A stretch of DNA of 64,000 nucleotides, taken from positions 78,306,001 through 78,370,000 of the forward strand of contig OX597821.1 of assembly GCA_951406725.2 (NCBI GenBank), read 5' to 3'. The translations under genes and the position numbers were made by a program. The stretch is from Octopus vulgaris (taxonomy: Eukaryota). Position 1 is the first letter of the stretch. Every line of letters starts with the position of its first letter. The notes beneath the pieces are model-generated. The model had not been told where the DNA came from. It worked only from the letters and a program-made list of their open reading frames with translations, and searched no databases. This document shows, in pieces, positions 25,585 through 39,222 of this stretch.

Positions 25585-27062
25585 TGCGGTGTATATTTCA
25601 GTTCTGATATCAGAATGGAGTTCGGACTGAGAAAGTGTGGTGTGATAGTCTTTAAGAGAGGCAAAATTAAATGTATGGATGGGAAAAAAATATTGTCAGT
25701 CGAGGTTATGAAGAAGATAGAAGAGACAGGCTATAAGTACATGGGGATTTTGGAAACAGATAAATTGATGGAGAAAGAAATGACAGAAAAATTTAACGTG
25801 GAATACTTGCGCAGACTGAGACTGATCCGTAAGTCAAAATTAAACGGACGCAATAAAATTGAAGCTATCAAACCTGGGCGGTTTCACTCCTTAGATATGG
25901 AGCGGGAATAATCGCAAGGACAATAGACGAAATAAACATCTTAGACAGAAAGTCAAGGAAGTTGCTTACTAGATATGGGGCACTCCACCTAAAAATTGAC
26001 AGAGACAGACTTTATGTCCCAAGAAAAAAGAAGGGAAGAGGACTGATTGGATACGAACAGATCATCAAAGCAGAAGAAAACAACATAGCACGGTTTGTAA
26101 AAATGCCACAGAACCGCTATTGTTAGATGTAAGAAGGTCAAACCTGTGTAGGGCGAAAGATTGCAAAGATAAAGCACTGTACAAGCAATTGAAAACGAGT
26201 GAAACTGAAAATAGGTGGGTAAAGAAAAGAATGCATAGACAATTTCGTAGGGATGTTGAAGATAAAACAAACAGAGAGAAAAGATAGCTGTGGATGATTA
26301 AAAGTGATTTGAAAACGGAAACGGAGGCTCTAATCTGTGCTGCCCAAGAGAAAGTACTAAGAACAAACTACATAAAATACAGAATAGACAACACATCAGA
26401 AAGTGATAAATGCAGAATCTGCGGGAAAATGGTGAAACCGTATGGCATATTACCAGCCAATGTGCGCCACTAGCCCAGAAGTAATATAAGAGACGCCACG
26501 ACAATATAGCAAGGCTTGTCCATTGGACACTTGACAAAGCAAAAAATTTGTACGACCACAAATCCGAAGGCATCATCGAAAATGAGAATGCAAAGATCCT
26601 GTGGGATTTTATGATTCTGTGCGACCATGAGATAGAGAACAGGAAGCCAGACATAGTATTAATTGAGAAAGAAATCAAACTATGCTGGATCATAGATATA
26701 GCATGCCCAGCTGACAACAAGGTATGCGATAAGGAAGAAAGAAAAGTCGACAGGTATGACAGGTTAACTTCGGAGGTTAAGCAGTTGTGGTCGATGAAAA
26801 AGGTAGCAGTAGTACCAATAAGTGTCGGGGCTCTGAGAACAGTGAACAAAAATCTTGAGAAGTACGTGGAACAAATACGGGCTGCAATAAGGGTGGAGCA
26901 CTTGCAGAAAACAGCACTGCTTGGAAGCGCTCGAATACTCCGGAAGGTGCCCGAAAAATTAGAAGTGTTACCTTAGTTCACTGGTAGAGAACAGCTAACG
27001 GCGTAGTACATCCTCAGATTTAGAAGCTGTGCAAATGCAATGATGATGATGATAATGATAAT
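25585..27062 (+). mobile_element. 5'-truncated R4/Dong-like LINE (RT C-terminus, CCHC knuckle, RLE endonuclease)
   Basis: MEFGLRKC..YKYMGI; CRICG..ETVWHI...C; RRHDNIA; KILWDF...ENRKPDIVLIEK...IIDIACP. Flanked by (AAT)n/(GAT)n. Confidence 0.92.
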
Positions 27063-27211
27063 GAATTACATGGAGTGTACCAGAGCAGTAATTATATACA
27101 CCATTCTATATTGAGAGAAAAAGGGTAAAAATTAAATACCCTGCAGAATGTTAATTAATTACACTTTGTTAATTAAATGATAAACGTTTTGAACTTTCAG
27201 AACTACATTAC

Positions 27212-27303
27212 CTTTTTAATAGGCAAAATGTCCCAGTATAGATAAATAGGACTTCTTTCAAATGAATTTCTGGTTATCTCAAATACTTTCTGCCAATGTT
27301 TAC
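27212..27303 (-). CDS. PAN-domain gene A, coding exon 2
   Basis: atgcag|GT...AAG|gtaatg; 92 nt, (G)KHWQKVFEITRNSFERSPIYLYWDILPIKK; 19/30 identical to the paralog exon 55530-55621. Confidence 0.9.
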
Positions 27304-27564
27304 CTGCATGAACAATAAATTGTACTTAATTAGATGTATCACAAATGGTTATGTTATTCCTAACGAAATGGTTATGTTATTCCTAACGAAAGCCAGAGCT
27401 TCCTTCGACCACTACATTATTAAGAGAAAAATGTTATTTTTCAATATACTTTTATTTTAGTTGTTTACGCGATTTTACGCTTGTTTATAATCTTATACAT
27501 TCGAAGTTCACAAATTTCCTTTTTTAAATTATGAATCATATTCCTTTCGATAATATCAATATCA

Positions 27565-27750
27565 TTACAGAACTTCTTTGTAGACGATATTTTCTGTTTG
27601 GTCGACACTAATTTTCAAATTAGTGGAATCCCTTGCTCTACACATAGCGACGTATAACTGGCCGTTTGTAAACATGTGAGTAGGTAAAAATACACCTACA
27701 CGATCTAATGTCTGGCCCTGTGCTTTGTTTGCTGTGAATACGCGAGCAAA
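27565..27750 (-). mobile_element. Helitron PIF1-helicase C-terminal fragment within a probable non-autonomous helitron-type element (~27380-28255)
   Basis: TANKAQGQTLDRVGVFLPTHMFTNGQLYVAMCR...TENIVYKEVL. Confidence 0.85.
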
Positions 27751-29642
27751 ACCTTTAGGGTTGCAAAAAATCAAACTAAGATTTATCTCTATGCGAATAA
27801 TGTCTGGATGTTCTGATATGGTTTATTTTGATTGACAAAACTGAGATGCAAGCAACAGCCACTTCGATTAGCCGTTTCGAATCCTGCTCTACTGTCACTT
27901 CAATAACCACTAAATAATCACACACACTATATACTGACACTCACTTTTCCCATTTTATTTTCACTATTAACCGTCCTTGCGACCCCCTTCATATCTGTGA
28001 TGGGGCCACGAACTATACGATGAAAATCCAGAGTCACTCGTGGTCGGTGAACTTTTAATAAAAAAGCGAAGGTGGTTTATCAATTCGAAAATCGATATCC
28101 ACAAAATAATCCTACTTTCTGATTTTGTAATGCTAAAAACCTTCCTGACGACCGTCTTTGTAATCCCCCGAAATATCGTAACCATTGGTCCATCCGTGAA
28201 GAGGGAACAGGCAAAGTGGCGGATAGACGGACATAAGGCCCATTATAGTAAGATGAATATTACCTTAAGATACTAACAGAGGTTTTGACGTTTAGCAATT
28301 GTTGTAAATTAAGGGTTTTAGTTGAGTTTTTCTAATGATTCAACTTCTTGAGTCATGATTTCAATCCAGAATCATATTCAATCAGCAATATCATGTTCAA
28401 AGATCCATATAAACTGTGCTGTGCAGATGTGTTAAACCCTACGTATTTTTCAGTCATAAATAAGGATATATCTATAGAAATTTGTTTGGAGGTATAATAG
28501 TGGTTCCATTCAAGATAACTGGGAGACAGGCTAATGTGAAATTTCTTTTAACTTTTTAAAAGGTGCGCATTTTATGAACACTCTCAAGGGGAAAAAAGCC
28601 TAGTAATACGAATTAAGTTTTAGCAATGTTATTTGTGAAGGAAGTCTTCCAGATTAAAAAGATTATCTCTGATACCAATTTACAGTGTATAATGGTGCTA
28701 TTAACAAACTTGAGTGCAATATTTGATAAATATGGTAATAATGTGTTGCTGGTGTCTTCTGGTTCTCCCTTTCAAGAAGCAGTGCAGTAACTGAGTGCCG
28801 AGACGACGCTGCTTTGTATGGAAAATTAGGTAACTATAAATATCAGGGATTTCTAGTCTGTTTATAAAGTGTTAATGTGTATTGATTATATAATATTGTG
28901 ACAAATGCATGCATGTAACTGCATGACTTACTTTATCGATACATCCAGATGAAGGCACAAATATGATCAATTTTTCTATAAGTATGCCAATCTATAACGA
29001 GATATACATGTCTTAGCAATATATAAATGAGTAATATACAAAAATAGCAATACATATGCCTAACAATACATAAGTGTGTATGTGTATGCGTGGGTGAGTG
29101 AGTGTATGTGTGTGTATGTGCATATACACAAGCATACATGTACATATGTATAACAATGAAAAATATACTAGCGACATGAAAGTATATGTATGGAATCCCT
29201 GTTTCCAGAATTACTTACGTTTGTTCATCAATTCGTCGCACGTATCAACAAATGAACACGCGACCGGTTGTTCGCGACCGAGAACTAGATCGAAACCGAA
29301 TCGGTCTCGCGATCCTTCCGTCTGCTGGACAACGGTAGCGCTTTGCTCCCTTGCTGGCAATTTATATGTATGGGGTGGAGGTTGCACATATAACCAGCTG
29401 GCGAACTATCTGTCTGGAGTTAAATTAGTAGTAGCACTGAATAACCATATTGATGTGGAGGTTAAATTTACCTGTTAGTATAGTTATTACTCTCATCTCT
29501 TAATGAGATTTTATATATATATATATATATATATATAAAACGATAAGAAAATAATTAGCAGGGTAATGCTAATTATATAGCATGGACAGGATAAACTACC
29601 CATATTTTGCAGAAAAATGTGCCGGCGGCCGCGTAGATCGAA

Positions 29643-29742
<100 letters not shown>

Positions 29743-29954
29743 GCATCTACCTATCTATCTATCTATCACACACATACACACACGTTGCCTCTCATATTGT
29801 ATTTCTCTCAAAAACTTTTTCTCTTGTCCTTCCTGTAGATACACTTTGTTACGAATATTAGATTCCTCAAAATCTTTCCCTCCCTCAGTCATGATAGATA
29901 GACAGACGGACATCCACTTTTAGAATATCAGATTATTTTTATATATAATAATAC

Positions 29955-30009
<55 letters not shown>

Positions 30010-30100
30010 CATATATATATATATATGTATATGTGTGTATATATATATAATTTTGAATATAATTTTAATACAAGAAGTAATTAGTATGTGAGTATTTATG

Positions 30101-30139
<39 letters not shown>

Positions 30140-30423
30140 TGTATATAATTTTAATAAAATAAGTTAATTAGTAAAGATTGTTTGCCAACCCAGGACTGCC
30201 ATGTTATGTTGGCAAACAATGTTTAATACAAAGTACTGTTGCTGAATTTCTCACGTTGTGAGATTTAAAAATAGTAATTTCCTAAAAATTAATTAGTATG
30301 TGTGCATTTATGTATGTAGATACATACATATATGTATTCACACACACACACACACACACATTTATAGGTATATGCATATATATAAAATTACAGAGACACA
30401 GAGGGAAGTTGCGATTTACATAC

Positions 30424-30753
30424 CGTTTTCATTCAGCAAAATATACAATGAACTGTTGCAAGTATAATCTTCAAGTTCTTCGCTGTAAAAGGGTCGATGC
30501 AAGTGACAGGCGCCATTACAATAGCTAAAATATCCACACTGAGCATGTGCTGTACACAGAAGTCCACATTGGGCACCAGATGCCGTCTTCTCGGTTATTT
30601 CATTTTTGTCAGATAAGCATTTTGATTTAGTAAGTCTTTTGAAATCACTTTCTTTATATTCTGCTCGCCCAGTTATCGGAGCGCCGAAAATTAGAAGTGT
30701 AAAGCCTACCGTCAATTTAAGAAAGATATGGTCATCAGATGAATGTAGCATTC
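30424..30753 (-). CDS. PAN-domain gene A, coding exon 1: signal peptide + PAN/Apple domain (ATG at 30751)
   Basis: tttcag|GA ATG; MLHSSDDHIFLKLTVGFTLLIFGA...KCLS...QCGLLCTAHAQCGYFSYCNGAC...; donor G|gtatgt; 328 coding nt, as in the paralog. Confidence 0.88.
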
Positions 30754-31036
30754 CTGAAAGATATACAAGCATATATATATATATATATATATACGTAATA
30801 TATATATGGAGTAACGAATATTCTTAGAATGTCACCACCAGTGGCCTGGCATGTATAAAAAGTCAATAGACAACATATTCTCAATATAAAATAGTGTACA
30901 TTTAAACACAAGAAAAAACTACCTTTAACAGGTAATTTTTAGACGCTAGAAGAAGCAGTCAAAACGACCAAAACTACATTTAAGAGGAAGTTTCGAAAAG
31001 AATGAAAAATATAAACTTTTACCTTGTTTTTTTTTG

Positions 31037-31107
31037 CGGTTATACCTAGGTTTCAGATTTCTTTAGCAAATAAAATAATTTACTTAGCGGATCCTCATCA
31101 GTAACCG
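31037..31107 (-). ncRNA. Type I hammerhead ribozyme motif, canonical core, palindromic stem III
   Basis: - strand: CGGTTA-CTGATGA-GGAT...ATCT-GAAA-CCTAGG-TA-TAACCG; perfect 6-bp stem I, ACCTAGGT self-complementary, GUA triplet. Confidence 0.78.
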
Positions 31108-31274
31108 TGCCTTAACAACTAAAATATAACTTAGAGACGAATAACACGAGCTCATCATTATATGTTATAATTTTTCAAAATCCACCGCGCAAGCGGAGTT
31201 TCAGTCGGCAGTAGATGGATAATGTCTAACCGACTGCTTCTTCTAGCGTGTAAAATTAGAGACACACACAAACA

Positions 31275-31695
31275 CAAAATGGCCTCAATGACGTGGTCCA
31301 TCATTTGTTTGCCACAAGGCGAGTTCCATTGTACAGTGTGGGTGCGTTTATATTGCGTAGAAGGATGATAGGGCAACCTACTTTTAAGAGAAGTCCATGA
31401 GCAGGGAGTCCTGAAGGATTTTAGGATTTGAGAAATTTTGTTGGAAAGTGTGTAACCCGATCGAGGTCAATAACGCTGTCAACTATTCTGTTTGAGAGGG
31501 TAGCGGATTGAGTAAGTCGTAGTTAAGAGTGTTGACAGCTGTCTTTTAGGTGCAAGAATATGCCTGTCGTGAAACCAATCTGATTTTATGTATCCCGTTG
31601 TAAGATATGTGTAAACAACAGAACATAAGTCATCAGGGCTGGAGACAGTGTGGCCAATGGTGGTAGTGTCAATGTATCCGTTGTCGCCAGACAGT
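31275..31695 (-). mobile_element. Inverted partial copy of the Helitron helicase segment at ~32840-33255
   Basis: Diverged reverse complement, e.g. gaacataagtcatcagggctggagacag vs ctgtctccagccctgatgacttatgttc. Confidence 0.8.
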
Positions 31696-32059
31696 TCACC
31701 CCTTGAACTCCGTATGCTTCCATCTTCAGCTCTTTATGTCATTAAGAGACCAACCTCCTTCAAAGATCTTCGCATAGTGGACGGCCACTTTTGCGGCACT
31801 TTCAAAGGTGCGAGTTTTGGATACAGATTATCAAAATGATAATGCATTCGAAGAGGTCTCTTTGTGTCGTTCTCCACACAAGCTCCAACCCATTTTTGCA
31901 AATAATGCTGGTTTTCTGCAACTTGACAGATGCACATTCACTTTGGAATAAATAAAAGACGCAATGTGTGATTATATTTGGCAGCAGACTCGCCAAATAA
32001 CAAATAGCGTAGACACTCTCACTACCCCTGCCATTTAAAACGTAAGGCTTCTTCTCTTG

Positions 32060-33500
32060 GAAAACCTGGTTATGGCAATGGGAGGTCAACGATTGGACGC
32101 TTTTTCTCTCAACATTCTGGACAGAAATGAAAACGCCAGTTCCAGTCGCCCCATTCTGAGAGAAACATCCTATTACATTCACAAACTCAAACAGTACACT
32201 GCTGACAACGAGACCCTTCTAAATTCCGAACAATTTTGTCCTCGCAAACATCTACACACACACTAGTAGAATCATCTTCTTAGATGCACTCGGTGGAACT
32301 GGAGAAATATTCCACCTGAATCTTCTTGCGAAATTGCGGCATAAAAGTGATCTTACTATTGTTGATGCCTCATCAGGAATAGCTCCGACTCTTCTCGGTG
32401 ACGGATGAACGGCACACTCTACCTTCAAATTTCCTTTCAAGGTAGCAGATTAAGAAAACCAAACGTGCCTCATAGTGCATTCCTCGGACGAAGCGACAAT
32501 TTCGAAAAAGTGCAATCTCATTCTTTGGGATGACGAAACAACGTTCGATAAATGTTCCCTACAAACACTTGGTACCACAATGAAAGACCTTAGATCGAAC
32601 AACAATATCCTTGGAGGTGCGACTCAACCTCTTGAAGGAGATTTTCGACAAACTCTGCTTATTATACTCAAAGAAACACCCGCTGATGAACTTAATGCCT
32701 GCCTTAAGGAATCCCTCCTTTGGTCGCATATTTGATCGAAACAGTTCACCATCAACATGAGATTACTCATACAGACTGGTCAGTCTACAACCCAGTTTCG
32801 GAAATGCTCCTTAAAATCGGCAATAGACAAGTTAAGTTACGTCCGGCGACAACAGATACATTGACATTACCATCATTGGCCAGACTGTCTCCAGCCCTGA
32901 TGACTTATGTTCTGCTGTTTACACATATCTAACAACAGAATACATAAAATCAGATTGGTTTCGCGACAGGCCTATTCTTGCAACTAAAAGGCAGCTGTCA
33001 ACACTCTCAAGTACGACTTACTCAGTCAGCTACCCTCTCAAACAGAACAGTTGACACCGTTAACGACCTCGATCAGGTTACACACTTTCCAACAGAATTT
33101 ATCAAATCCCAAGCCCCCCAGCACTCTCTGCTCATGGACTTCTTTTAAAAGTCGGTTGCCCTACCATCCTCCTACACAATCTAAGCGCACCCACACTGTG
33201 CAATGGAATTCGCCTTGTAGCAAACAACTGATGGACCACGACATTGCAGCCCAAATTATCACGGGACATGGCAAAAACGTTCGAAATTTCCGCTAAACCC
33301 AACAAACACTGTTCCTATCCTATGCAGAGATGTCAATTTCTCTCAAATTCAGCTTTGCCATGACAATTGACAAAGCACAATGTCAATTGCCGAAAGTTGT
33401 CTGATTGGATCTTCGAAAGTGTGCTTTTCTTCACATGGACATTTCTGCGTCGGTTGTTCCAGAGTTGACCATCCAGACAACTTCGTCATCTATGCTACAA
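32060..33500 (+). mobile_element. Decayed Helitron PIF1-helicase region
   Basis: IIFLDALGGTGE, ASSGIAPTLL..G*TAHSTFKFP, LILWDDE, GDFRQTLLI, FAMTIDKAQ, FSSHGHFCVGCSRV; many frameshifts. Confidence 0.85.
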
Positions 33501-34019
33501 AGCAGCCCTGTCATAGTAATTCTTCTACTGCAATTTTCACATCTACGCCAAACTGTAACCGTTAGTAATCAGACTTCCTGCAAGCATTTCTTTCATATTT
33601 TGTTTCATTTCCCTGATTGCTGTTAACAGTACGTTACCTTCAATGACCATTCTTACTTCACGCACACTTTTCGCTCATAAGTATGCTCTGACATGTATTT
33701 TTGTACCTGCCTTTATTCAATTTGTATGTTTGTTATAAATGCATGCTTTTCTTTAACATACATCACTTTCATTGAAAAAAAGCTGCAATACGCTTATGTC
33801 AGGCAAAACAAGAAAATAAGTATATGATACAAAACGCTTCAAGTAAGATATAGTATCCCTGATGCCTACAACAATTGCGATCTCATTTCATGGACTTTCA
33901 TTTATTACTAACGGCCAAATTTATATTCAAAAGCATTCATTCATTACCAAAGTTGCTTAATATCATATCATAAACTGCTAACGAAAATGGTAATTTATAT
34001 ATATATATATATATATATA

Positions 34020-34058
34020 TCGGTTGCCAAGCGATGGTGGGGAGAAAAACACACACAC

Positions 34059-34121
<63 letters not shown>

Positions 34122-34285
34122 CGACGGGCTTTTTTGCAACTTCTGTCTACCAAATCCACTCACAAGGCTTTGGTCGGCCCGATGCTACAATAGAGACACT
34201 TGCCCAAAGTGCCACGCAGTGTGACTGAACCCGGAACCATGTAGTTGGGACGCAAGCTTCTTAACATACAGCCACGCCTGCGTCT
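34020..34285 (-). mobile_element. Family-2 SINE, 5' part
   Basis: caaatccactcacaaggctttggtcggccc...cttgcccaaagtgccacgcagtg...gaacccggaaccat. Confidence 0.8.
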
Positions 34286-34748
34286 ATATATATATATACA
34301 ATTATTTTGTTCTTCCTTGTCTTTTTTGTTTTTCATTTTTTTGCCTTCTCTCTTCCTTTGGTTTGCCGGTATTTTATTTTGTATGATTCCCTCTTTTTCT
34401 CAATATGTTCCTCCCATATTATCATTGGCCTACATGATAATGCATGGGAAATGGTTTCTAGTATCACCTGATTAATTCAGTCATCAGTCGACCGAACAAT
34501 GGGACGGAAACATTCCAACTAATGATTAGAACTTTCCATAAATATTATTACGTTTTATCTCATAGCTTTCATTACTTTGTTGAAATGTAAATCAAACGTG
34601 CGTGAAAACCTCCATGCACCTAACGTATATACTTGTATCGGCACAATGTTACCTGTGCGTGTATGTGTATATGTGTATCTGGGTATGTATGTATTCATGT
34701 ATGATGTGTATGTGTGTGTATTTATATATATATACATATACATACATG

Positions 34749-34794
<46 letters not shown>

Positions 34795-35213
34795 CATACA
34801 TACATATACATACATACATGCATGCATATATATATATATATATATATACTTTGGGTATGGTAGATGAGTGTAGCAAAATGTTTGATTCAGATGAATATGG
34901 TACTTAATTTGAGGCACCAGAAATTAATACGGTATTATCCATACAATTTCAAAGGTGATTAAAATCAAAACAAGGATATCCAGAGGTAATCCAGTACGAT
35001 CGTTTCATACAACGCCATTTAATTGAACAATGCAATCATTACATCAATTTAAAGACATAGAATTTAATTAAATTAGAACAGTTGGACACATTAGTATGAT
35101 TATACTTAAAATCTCCAAGAATTTCAGGAGATAGTCAAAGAACATGCTGTCGCCACTCCAGCATAGAAGTTACCTCTATGCTGGAATGGCGACAGCATGT
35201 CCTTTGTCTATTT

Positions 35214-35292
<79 letters not shown>

Positions 35293-35907
35293 CACACGTA
35301 CATATCAATACACACGCGTATATAGATAAATACATATATATTCATGCACATGCATTCATGAACATTGACTATTGCACCTCAAACTAAACGGAAATAGGGA
35401 GATGCATGCTTAACATCAGTTCAGTCAGCTTTTGTATGTGAATGCCACATCATATCTTTTCGGCAACATATTTTAAGCACCAAGTGTTGAAATTCATTTA
35501 TTAATCAAGTCTACATACACGAGGCAGAAAATATCCTGAGACGTGAAAAGCATCTCTGTAAGAAAGGTTAGCCGCCTGATAACCTCGAGTACGCGCCCAA
35601 AGATGTTGCACGAGTCTACCGTACGTATATATAATCCGATAAAAAGATGAGAGTACATCAGCAGAAGGCCGTGTATGAATATGTTAGCAGGAAATCCACG
35701 GATGACAGCAACATTGGTAATCAAAACAGTTTATCGTGAACAATCAACATGATCATTAACACTATAACTGATATCAAACTCCACTACAACAGGATTCGAA
35801 ATCTGAACGTCAAATTACGCGACTGAATACTGAAGATATTTTAGCAGTCGTTCCATGAGTCCTACATATTTGAGACCGTGTTTTGCAACATAGGATTATA
35901 GAAAATT

Positions 35908-36071
35908 ATAGGTGCAGGTGTGGCTGTGTGATAAGAAACTTGATCCTCAATAACATGGTCTCGGATTTAATTTCACTGCGTCGCCTCTTGGGCAAGTGTC
36001 TTCTACCAGGGTCTCAGGCCGATAAAAGCCTTGTGAGTGGATTTGGTTGGCGAACACTAAAATAATCCCAT

Positions 36072-36142
<71 letters not shown>

Positions 36143-36520
36143 CAGATGAAAAGGGTGGCTTATTAGCAATTAGAAACTACTAGTAAAAATTAATAGAGCT
36201 CACAAAAGTGAAGTGGGTTCTAGTCAGTACCTTCCGTCACTTTTTGGGATCTCTATTATTTATATATATATATATATATACTATATGTATGTGTGTCAGT
36301 GTGTCAGTGTATGTGTGTGTGTGTTTGTTCCCCAATTAGTGCTTGATCAACGGTGTTGGTGTGTTTACTTCTTCGTAACGTAGTGGTTCGGCACAAGAGA
36401 CCGATGGAATATATACTAGGGTTAAAAACTATGTCTTAGTGTCAATTTTTTCGTATAAAACCCTTCAGGGCCGTGTCCCAGTATTATCGCAGTCGAATGA
36501 CAGAATCAATCAAAACATAA
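35908..36520 (+). mobile_element. Family-2 SINE, diverged, with expanded/interrupted middle
   Basis: taggtgcaggtgtggctgtgtg head, gccttgtgagtggatttgg body, ggttcggcacaagagaccgat 3' part. Confidence 0.7.
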
Positions 36521-36554
36521 AAGATAACCCATTGCAGTTACTATTTCTCTTTCG

Positions 36555-37290
36555 ATTCCTAATAACATTAATTCACTTACCTTTAAGATTCATGACTGTT
36601 ACAGAGTTGCTAAGTAAACTTCACCTTATCTTGAAAATTGATCAATCACAGGTGTCTCACTGGGGAAAATATCTTCTGCCTTTTGATGTTTCTTTTTCCA
36701 TATTTGGATAACTGAAGAATATATTTAGGACACTATTATAGATTGATGAATCAGTTGAATCGTTTAGATATGGCTTCGAAAAAGATGTTCTTAAAAGAAT
36801 ACCATCAGGCATTTTCCACCCTCGTAAAGATAAGTGAACAACTAGAACTTACTTTCCTTCGAACTCTAGATGCTGTTGTCAGGTTATTTCAGTTTCTTCA
36901 AGACTTTTTAAACTTGAATCCTTATGGTGTTCGTCTTTTCTCTCCTGAATGCTTTGATATTTGGATTATCAGTAAATTGTCAGTTTTACAGTCAGCCTCG
37001 TTATTTATAATTTTAGATATGACTGCAAACACAGAAAAAATATGGAATATTTATAACGCGTGTCTGAATAACAGAACGTTTCACTGTCTCCAAACCTCTT
37101 TTCTACGTTGTAAAACACAAAAAAACCTTTCTACTAATTATTATTTTTTAACATATACTGTTTTTTTCTTCTTTACGAAACTGAATTAAGAACTGGTATT
37201 TGGATATGTGTTACGTAGTGATTTTATTAACGGCATTTTTCGTTAATTAAAACGTACCTAGATTATTATCCAGAAAAAAAAAAACTGAAA
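36555..37290 (-). pseudogene. Cullin-like pseudogene fragment
   Basis: - strand FTRVENA*WYSFKNIFFEAISKRFN*FINL**CPKYIL (~[38 protein letters not shown]); ends in the same AAAG|gtaagtg donor as at 9791 and 45785. Confidence 0.5.
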
Positions 37291-37570
37291 TCAATAGAGA
37301 GTGAGTTTGTATTGACTTGCTGTTAGTTTATGTTTCACATTCAGCAACCGGAAGTTATTCTGATAATTACCATTTTTGTGATCCTACAATTAATTGACCA
37401 GTTTCTGTCACAATGCCTAAAATTATACACGGCCATTTCTTGTTTCAACTTGTTACTTCTCTTAAACCCACGAGCTTACTTTTCTTTTCTACTTTGCTTA
37501 TCATACAATTTCACTTGTAAATTGATCAATGATCCGTACTATTGTTCGCTGGACGTTAACTGTTCCTTAA

Positions 37571-37684
<114 letters not shown>

Positions 37685-37769
37685 CTGAGAGAGAGAGAGA
37701 GGCAGACAGACAGACAGAGAGAGAGAGAGAGAATGAGAGAGAGAGAGAGAATGAGAGAGAGAAGTGAAA

Positions 37770-38854
37770 TTGTAAAATTGAATGGAATGGAGGTAATATT
37801 GTGTCTGGAAATTATGATTGGCAGCTAAGGTTTATGTGAGTGAAGCACCTTATTACTGGAAGCATATGACGAAAATTAAAACGTGAAAGGCGATGATTGA
37901 AGAATTTATTAAAATTGTTGGAATAGTATGTAGAATGACGGAAAAGTGTATCAAAAATATAAACATGAGACCTATTAATTAAAAAAATAATAAAATAAAT
38001 ATATACGTTTTAGGAAATAAAATAAATAAGAATCAATGATCCAGAGTTGAAAAATAAAGAGAAAATCCAAAATATTGGTATGATCTGTTAGCAAATTTGA
38101 GAATTGTAGGGGAAAAATTAGGGAAATTTAAAACAAAGGAGTAGGAAAATGCTGGAACGTAGCGATTGGAAAGTACTTTAAAATTAGTTTAATTGAATTA
38201 AGAGTGAATAAAAATATCTCAGAGGAGTAGGAGAATTCCAAATACAGAAGTGGAAAGTCTACTGTTGAGTATAAGCAGAATTGATCACCTCCCAGAATAC
38301 AAAACAAATCATTCCTTCATTTCATCAATATCTAAATCTACTTTATATGGCTGTACAACACCTTTTTCAACGGCATTAACAAACAAATCTACCAAATCTG
38401 AAATAGAAATAATCAAAGTGAAGCCGCCAGTATACTACAATAGCTGAAAATACTTTTCGTCAACAACGTATAAAGACTTGTTTTTTTTTCTTATTTCTTT
38501 ATTGCCCACAAGGGGCATAGAGGAAACAAAAAAGGACAGACACAGGGATTAGACCGACCCTAGTGCGTAACTAGTACTTAATTTATCGACCCCGTAAGAA
38601 AGAAGGCAATGTCGACCTCGGCGGAATTTGAACTCAGAACGTAACGGCAGAGGAAATACCGCTTAGCATCTGCGCCCGGTGTGCTAACGTTCTGCCAGCT
38701 CGACGCCTTATTTGTTTGTTATAAAGACTTGGTTTGTTTTCATTGGTTTATTTGTGAATATTTTTGGACAGAAGTGAATGCCGATTGTTAAACTATCTAA
38801 CGAAGCTGATGATAAGACTGGAAACTTCCACATTAGAACTATCTGAGTAGCAAA

Positions 38855-38893
<39 letters not shown>

Positions 38894-39195
38894 AATAAAG
38901 GAATAAAGTAGGACATCAAGACTTTTTGGTAAAGCAAATTCAAGTCTATCACCATACTTTACAAGGGTGGAATAAACTTGGTGACATCGTGTTAGCAACA
39001 CATCATTATTTTGGAAGCCAGTATATATATAAAAAAAAACTTGTTTCACAAAATCTGTGAAAGTTTCTTATTTTTGATCTTTAATTGTTAGGACCAAGGT
39101 AAAGGAAACACTTTTAGCAATACTGGAAAAAAGAAAAAAAAAAGGAAAAGAAAATGTTAGAAACTCAATTAAATTTAAGGGTTACTTGGAAAGTT
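37770..39195 (+). pseudogene. Cullin-like pseudogene fragment (paralog of 7400-9791), interrupted by a family-1 SINE at ~38490-38708
   Basis: Colinear nucleotide similarity with 7400-7610, 8010-8480 and 9520-9820 (e.g. cccagaatacaaaacaa..ccttcatttcatcaatatctaaa). Confidence 0.55.
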
Positions 39196-39222
39196 AAGTG
39201 AATTAATATTAATATGGATCTA

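Noticed and set aside
34985-35050. GAAACGATCGTA half-hammerhead on the - strand
   Set aside because: No CUGANGA box or stem I partner.
36743-37189. 148-aa + strand ORF, and the similar 38708-39049 (-) ORF, as genes
   Set aside because: Antisense shadows; splice donor orientation and cullin similarity are on the opposite strand.
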